Below the pieces are notes generated by a model, which was not told the DNA's origin, made no database searches, and saw nothing but the letters and a program-made list of their open reading frames with translations. From Myxococcota bacterium (GTDB lineage: Bacteria; Myxococcota_A; UBA9160; UBA6930), in NCBI GenBank assembly GCA_965223705.1, contig OZ245015.1:4096001-4160000 (forward strand): DNA of 64,000 bases. The letters are read 5' to 3'. This document shows positions 60,128-64,000 of this stretch, in pieces (position 1 is the stretch's first letter; each line of letters begins with the position of its first letter). A program made the translations under genes and the position numbers.

Positions 60128-61540
60128 TTGACACGTTGCCTGATCCGTAACGCGACGGTCGTCTCCATCGACTCGTCTATCGGGAACCTTCCCCGCGCCG
60201 ACATCTTGATCGAGGATGGACGCATCGCCGAGATCGGGACCGATCTCGAAGCGAGCGCCGACGAAGTGTTCGATGCCGAGGGCTACATCGCGTCGCCGGG
60301 TTTCGTCGACACGCACCACCACGTGTGGCAGACCGCCATGCGTTCCCTGACCGCCGACTGGAGTCTCGGCGACTACGTTGCCGGAATTCGCGTCGTCGCC
60401 AGCACCCGCTATCGGCCGCAAGACATGTACGCCGCGACCCGGCACGGCCTCGTCGAAGCGTTACACGTGGGTGTGACGACGACGGCCGACTACTGCCACA
60501 ACATCCTCTCCCCCGACTATGCGGAGGAAGCGCTGCGCGGCACGATCGACTCGGGCGCGCGCTCGATCTGGTGCTACGGCTTCAACACACCCCCCGGAGC
60601 CGAGACAGCCTTTCCCGATGTCGACGCCCGCGGGCGCTTTCTCGAGGCGTTCGCGTCCCGGCATTTTTCGTCGCGCGACAGTCGGATCACCCTCGGTGTA
60701 TGTCCGGAGGAGAGCTTGTTCTGGGAGGCGGATCCGTCCGTCGGTGCGAAGCAGTTCCGTTTTGCGCGCGCTTGCGACGCTCGCGTCTTCTGGCACTGCA
60801 ATTCGAGTCGATCCGCCACCGGACAGCCGACGCTTGACGTGGCGGCGATCGCCGAGCACGACCTGGTCGGTCCGGACATGACACTGGTGCACATGGGCGG
60901 ATCGCACGACACCGAGTGGGATCGCGTCGCCGATGCCGGCGCGAGCTTCAGCTTCACGCCGGAGACGGAACTCCAGATGGGGATGGCGTTCCCCAACATC
61001 GAACGGGCGCAGCAAAAGGGGATTCCGTTCGGGTTCGGCATCGACATCGTTTCCAACAACAGCGCCGATCTTCGCTTCGCCCTTCGCATGGTCCTCCAGG
61101 CGGAACGCCATCGCCGCTCCGAGAACGGCGGCATCGCGGGAATCGCGCAGCAAGGCCTCGACCTGTCCTGCGCCGACGCGCTTCGCTGGGGAACCCTCGA
61201 CGGCGCGCGCGCTTGCGGTCTCGAACAAAGCGTCGGCTCGCTGACCCCCGGGAAGAGAGCCGACATCCTGTTGCACGACACACGACACCTGACCATGGTG
61301 GGCTACGACCCGAGCCAACCGGAAGCTGCCCTGATCCTTCACGGAAATCCCGAGGCCCTGCGCCACGTGTTGGTGGATGGCAAGTTCGTGAAGCGCGACG
61401 GCGTCGTCGAAGGTGCGGAAAGCGCGAGTCGCCAGCTCGCCGAGACGAGCGAGCATATTTTTGGCGAGCTCGAACGCCTCGGCGGCACGCCGGGAATCCT
61501 GGCGGCGGGCTACGAGGTATTCGCCGGTCTCGGCGGCTGA
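60128..61540 (+). CDS. Amidohydrolase/deaminase family protein
   Basis: PGFVDTHHH, GSLTPGKRAD; AAGGAG SD before TTG. Confidence 0.9.
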   Translation: MTRCLIRNATVVSIDSSIGNLPRADILIEDGRIAEIGTDLEASADEVFDAEGYIASPGFVDTHHHVWQTAMRSLTADWSLGDYVAGIRVVASTRYRPQDMYAATRHGLVEALHVGVTTTADYCHNILSPDYAEEALRGTIDSGARSIWCYGFNTPPGAETAFPDVDARGRFLEAFASRHFSSRDSRITLGVCPEESLFWEADPSVGAKQFRFARACDARVFWHCNSSRSATGQPTLDVAAIAEHDLVGPDMTLVHMGGSHDTEWDRVADAGASFSFTPETELQMGMAFPNIERAQQKGIPFGFGIDIVSNNSADLRFALRMVLQAERHRRSENGGIAGIAQQGLDLSCADALRWGTLDGARACGLEQSVGSLTPGKRADILLHDTRHLTMVGYDPSQPEAALILHGNPEALRHVLVDGKFVKRDGVVEGAESASRQLAETSEHIFGELERLGGTPGILAAGYEVFAGLGG

Positions 61541-61546
61541 AGCGCT

Positions 61547-61738
61547 CTAGACGGGCTCGGCGCTCACCAAGATCGCCGCGATCAGGCACGGCTCCTCAGT
61601 CCGAACGCTCCACGCGTGATTGGTGCCGCGTTGCACCAGCACGTCGCCCGGTCGGAGGCAGACCGCGCCGTCCGAGAGGAAGACCGAGCGGCCTCCCGCA
61701 TTGTGTCCGGTTACGACGCGTCGGATTGATTGGGGCAT
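61547..61738 (-). pseudogene. Internally deleted cupin-domain gene (63 aa)
   Basis: N-terminal RRVVTGH...SVFLSDG fused directly to C-terminal LRPGDVLVQRGTNHAW. Confidence 0.6.
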
Positions 61739-61761
61739 GCCGGCTTTCCATCGGTTGGAGG

Positions 61762-62205
61762 CTAGAGGTTTGCGAGCTCGGACTTTCCGTAGTCGACCGT
61801 CCGCCAACGCTCGGGGCGCATGACATAGACCGTCGCGGGTTCCGACTTCGTCGCTTCGACGAAGGCGTCCCCGCCCTTTTCCCCGAAGTAACGCCGCGCC
61901 ATAGGCCGCGAGTCGCCTTCGACATCGGCAGGTCGAGTTTCGACGATCGGCCCCTCGACACTCACGTATTGGTACGTCGGTGGAGTTTCGGTTTGTGCGA
62001 CCAGCGTAAACCGCCCGGCCTTCTCGAGGCAGCGCGCTTTGGCGGAGCGCGTCCCGGTGATCACCCGAATGCCGCGCTCCGGCGTGTAGTCGTACCAGAT
62101 CGGTGCCGAGAGCGGCGGGGCGCCCTCCTGTTCAATTGCGATCACCCCGACGTGCAATCCGGCGAGAAAGGCATTGCGTTCGTCTTCCGTCATCTTGGTC
62201 GACAT
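61762..62205 (-). CDS. Pyridoxamine 5'-phosphate oxidase-like (split-barrel) protein
   Basis: ERNAFLA..HVGV, PIWYDY, YQYVSVEG, PERW.TVDY. Confidence 0.85.
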   Translation of the reverse strand: MSTKMTEDERNAFLAGLHVGVIAIEQEGAPPLSAPIWYDYTPERGIRVITGTRSAKARCLEKAGRFTLVAQTETPPTYQYVSVEGPIVETRPADVEGDSRPMARRYFGEKGGDAFVEATKSEPATVYVMRPERWRTVDYGKSELANL

Positions 62206-62297
62206 GGGTCCTCCAGGGCGGCCCATGGTACCGCGCCGTACCCGGTTGCGTGGCCCCCTGCCCCGCATCGTGCGACCGTCTTGTGAGGAGAAACCCC

Positions 62298-63290
62298 GTG
62301 ATCGAATCCATCACCGCCTTGGGATTCCCGTGGCAGACGCGAGATCCCTTCCTCTTTTGCGCCTACCACAAAGATGACTACCCGAAGGGAAGCGAACACC
62401 AGGGGCCGGCGACGTCGCTGGCGGGGCGACACCTGGGTCAAGACTTCGATCCTCGGGGTGGCTGGCGGATGTATCACGGCACGGTCGTGCCGGGATTCCC
62501 ACAGCACCCGCACCGCGGTTTCGAGACGATCACCATCGTGAACCGCGGCTACGTCGACCATTCGGATTCCCTGGGAGCGACGGCCCGTTTCGGACCGGGG
62601 GACGTTCAGTGGCTTACCGCGGGTCGCGGAATCGTCCACTCGGAGATGTTCCCGCTTCGAGAGCGCGACGCGGAGAACCCGCTCGAATTGTTTCAGGTGT
62701 GGCTGAACCTGCCAGCGGTGAACAAATTCGCCGACCCCTACTTCACGATGCTCTGGCGCGACGAGATTCCCGAAGTGCGATCGGGCGATACCCGCGTTCG
62801 GGTGGTCGCCGGACGCTACAGATCGGCGAAGGCGCCACCGTCCCCGCCCTCTTCCTGGGCCTCACAACCCGGCGCGGACGTCAACGTGTGGACGATCGAG
62901 ATGGGGGCCGGGGAGCGCCTCAGGCTGCCGGAGGCCTCTGCGGGGATTCATCGGACCCTGTACCTCTACGACGGGGATGCGCTTTCGATCGCCGACACGC
63001 GCGTTCCGGTGAACCACATGGTCGCGCTGCGCCCCGACGTCGAGGTGCCGCTCGAAAACAGCTCGGAAACCGCGCGGCTGCTGCTCCTCGAGGGGCGTCC
63101 GATCGGAGAGCCCGTAGCGCACTACGGTCCCTTCGTGATGAACAGCGAGGAGGAACTGCGCCAAGCCTTCGCGGACTACCAGCGAACGGGTTTCGGTGGC
63201 TGGCCCTGGCCGACCGATGCGCCCGTACACGCCCGGGAAGAGGGGCGCTTCGCCGTTCATGCCGACGGTCGCACCGAGCGACAGAGCTAG
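62298..63290 (+). CDS. Pirin family protein
   Basis: DPFLF, HPHRGFET, HSDS, GIVHSE, QVWLNLP, GPFVMN; GAGGAG SD. Confidence 0.93.
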   Translation: MIESITALGFPWQTRDPFLFCAYHKDDYPKGSEHQGPATSLAGRHLGQDFDPRGGWRMYHGTVVPGFPQHPHRGFETITIVNRGYVDHSDSLGATARFGPGDVQWLTAGRGIVHSEMFPLRERDAENPLELFQVWLNLPAVNKFADPYFTMLWRDEIPEVRSGDTRVRVVAGRYRSAKAPPSPPSSWASQPGADVNVWTIEMGAGERLRLPEASAGIHRTLYLYDGDALSIADTRVPVNHMVALRPDVEVPLENSSETARLLLLEGRPIGEPVAHYGPFVMNSEEELRQAFADYQRTGFGGWPWPTDAPVHAREEGRFAVHADGRTERQS

Positions 63291-64000
63291 GCGGGAGCCC
63301 CGCCGCGAACGAGACGCCCGGGGAGCGCTCCTGTGTGCTCGCCTCCCTCGAAGGTGACTTCGCCGCTCTTGATGGTCGCGGTGTAACCCCGGGCCTTTTG
63401 GATCAAGCGCTTACCGCCGGCGGGGAGGTCGTACACCATCTGCGGGTCTTCGAGCGCGAGCGCATCGAAGTCGATGATGTTGAGATCCGCGCGATAGCCG
63501 GGAGCGACGACGCCGCGATCGTGCAAACCATAGAGCCGCGCGGTGTCCTGCGTCATCTTGTGCACAGTGTAAGGGAGAGAGAGCTTCGGTCCCTTCGTTC
63601 GATCGCGCGCCATGTAGGCCAGCATGTAGGTCGGAACGCTGGCGTCGCACAGCACGCCGCAGTGCGCGCCGCCATCCGACAAGCCGAAGACCGACAGATC
63701 GTTCTCGATGGCGAGACGCTGTTGTTCGAGATCTCCGCGGTACTTGCCGAACAGGTAGAGCAGAGGCCGCCCCTCCGACATCGCGTCCATCAACGCTTCG
63801 CGGACATGGCAGCCTTTCGCCTCGGCGTGACCGGCGACGGAGTCGGCGTAGCTCGGCTCGTAGCTCAGGTCTTCGGGCAGCACGAACATCTTGTCCCAGG
63901 TCGAGATCATGCGGTTGGTGTCGCGGTAGCGAGACACCTTCGCTTCGTCGGCCATGACGTTGGCCCGGAAGGCCGGGTCCCGGAGCTTCCGGCGCTGCTC
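63287..64000 (-). CDS. N-acyl-D-amino-acid deacylase family amidohydrolase (5' end outside window)
   Basis: GLSDGGAHC, DRG.VAPG.RADLN, DLPAGG.RL, GALPGRLVR. Confidence 0.88.
   Translation of the reverse strand, partial: EQRRKLRDPAFRANVMADEAKVSRYRDTNRMISTWDKMFVLPEDLSYEPSYADSVAGHAEAKGCHVREALMDAMSEGRPLLYLFGKYRGDLEQQRLAIENDLSVFGLSDGGAHCGVLCDASVPTYMLAYMARDRTKGPKLSLPYTVHKMTQDTARLYGLHDRGVVAPGYRADLNIIDFDALALEDPQMVYDLPAGGKRLIQKARGYTATIKSGEVTFEGGEHTGALPGRLVRGGAPA

Overview
High-GC bacterial chromosome segment. Gene content and order (ccsA-hemACD, mreBCD-mrdA-rodA, hemW-grpE-dnaK-dnaJ, a Dif-like chemosensory cluster, DUF4177) suggest a Myxococcota/deltaproteobacterial host; this is inference. Positions 1-55.6 kb are mostly housekeeping genes on the minus strand. 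tRNA-Phe(GAA) is followed by an accessory redox/hydrolase region containing decayed genes. No CRISPR, rRNA, integrase or transposase was seen. Two observations stand out. (1) cheA is split into an Hpt-only ORF and a -1-frame kinase body; the junction has an A7 slippery site, a 6-nt spacer and a perfect 9-bp hairpin, the architecture of a programmed -1 frameshift that could give both a free Hpt protein and full-length CheA. (2) A 70-aa archaeal-HMf-like histone-fold gene with its own near-consensus sigma70 promoter lies directly upstream of lexA. Also noted: many apparently leaderless genes, a recurring sigma28-like GCCGATA(A/G) motif, an RsrR-type Rrf2 regulator with an 11-3-11 operator, and a 12-codon bridging mini-ORF formed by duplication of a gene start. 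All product calls come from motif recognition by eye; no database search was run.
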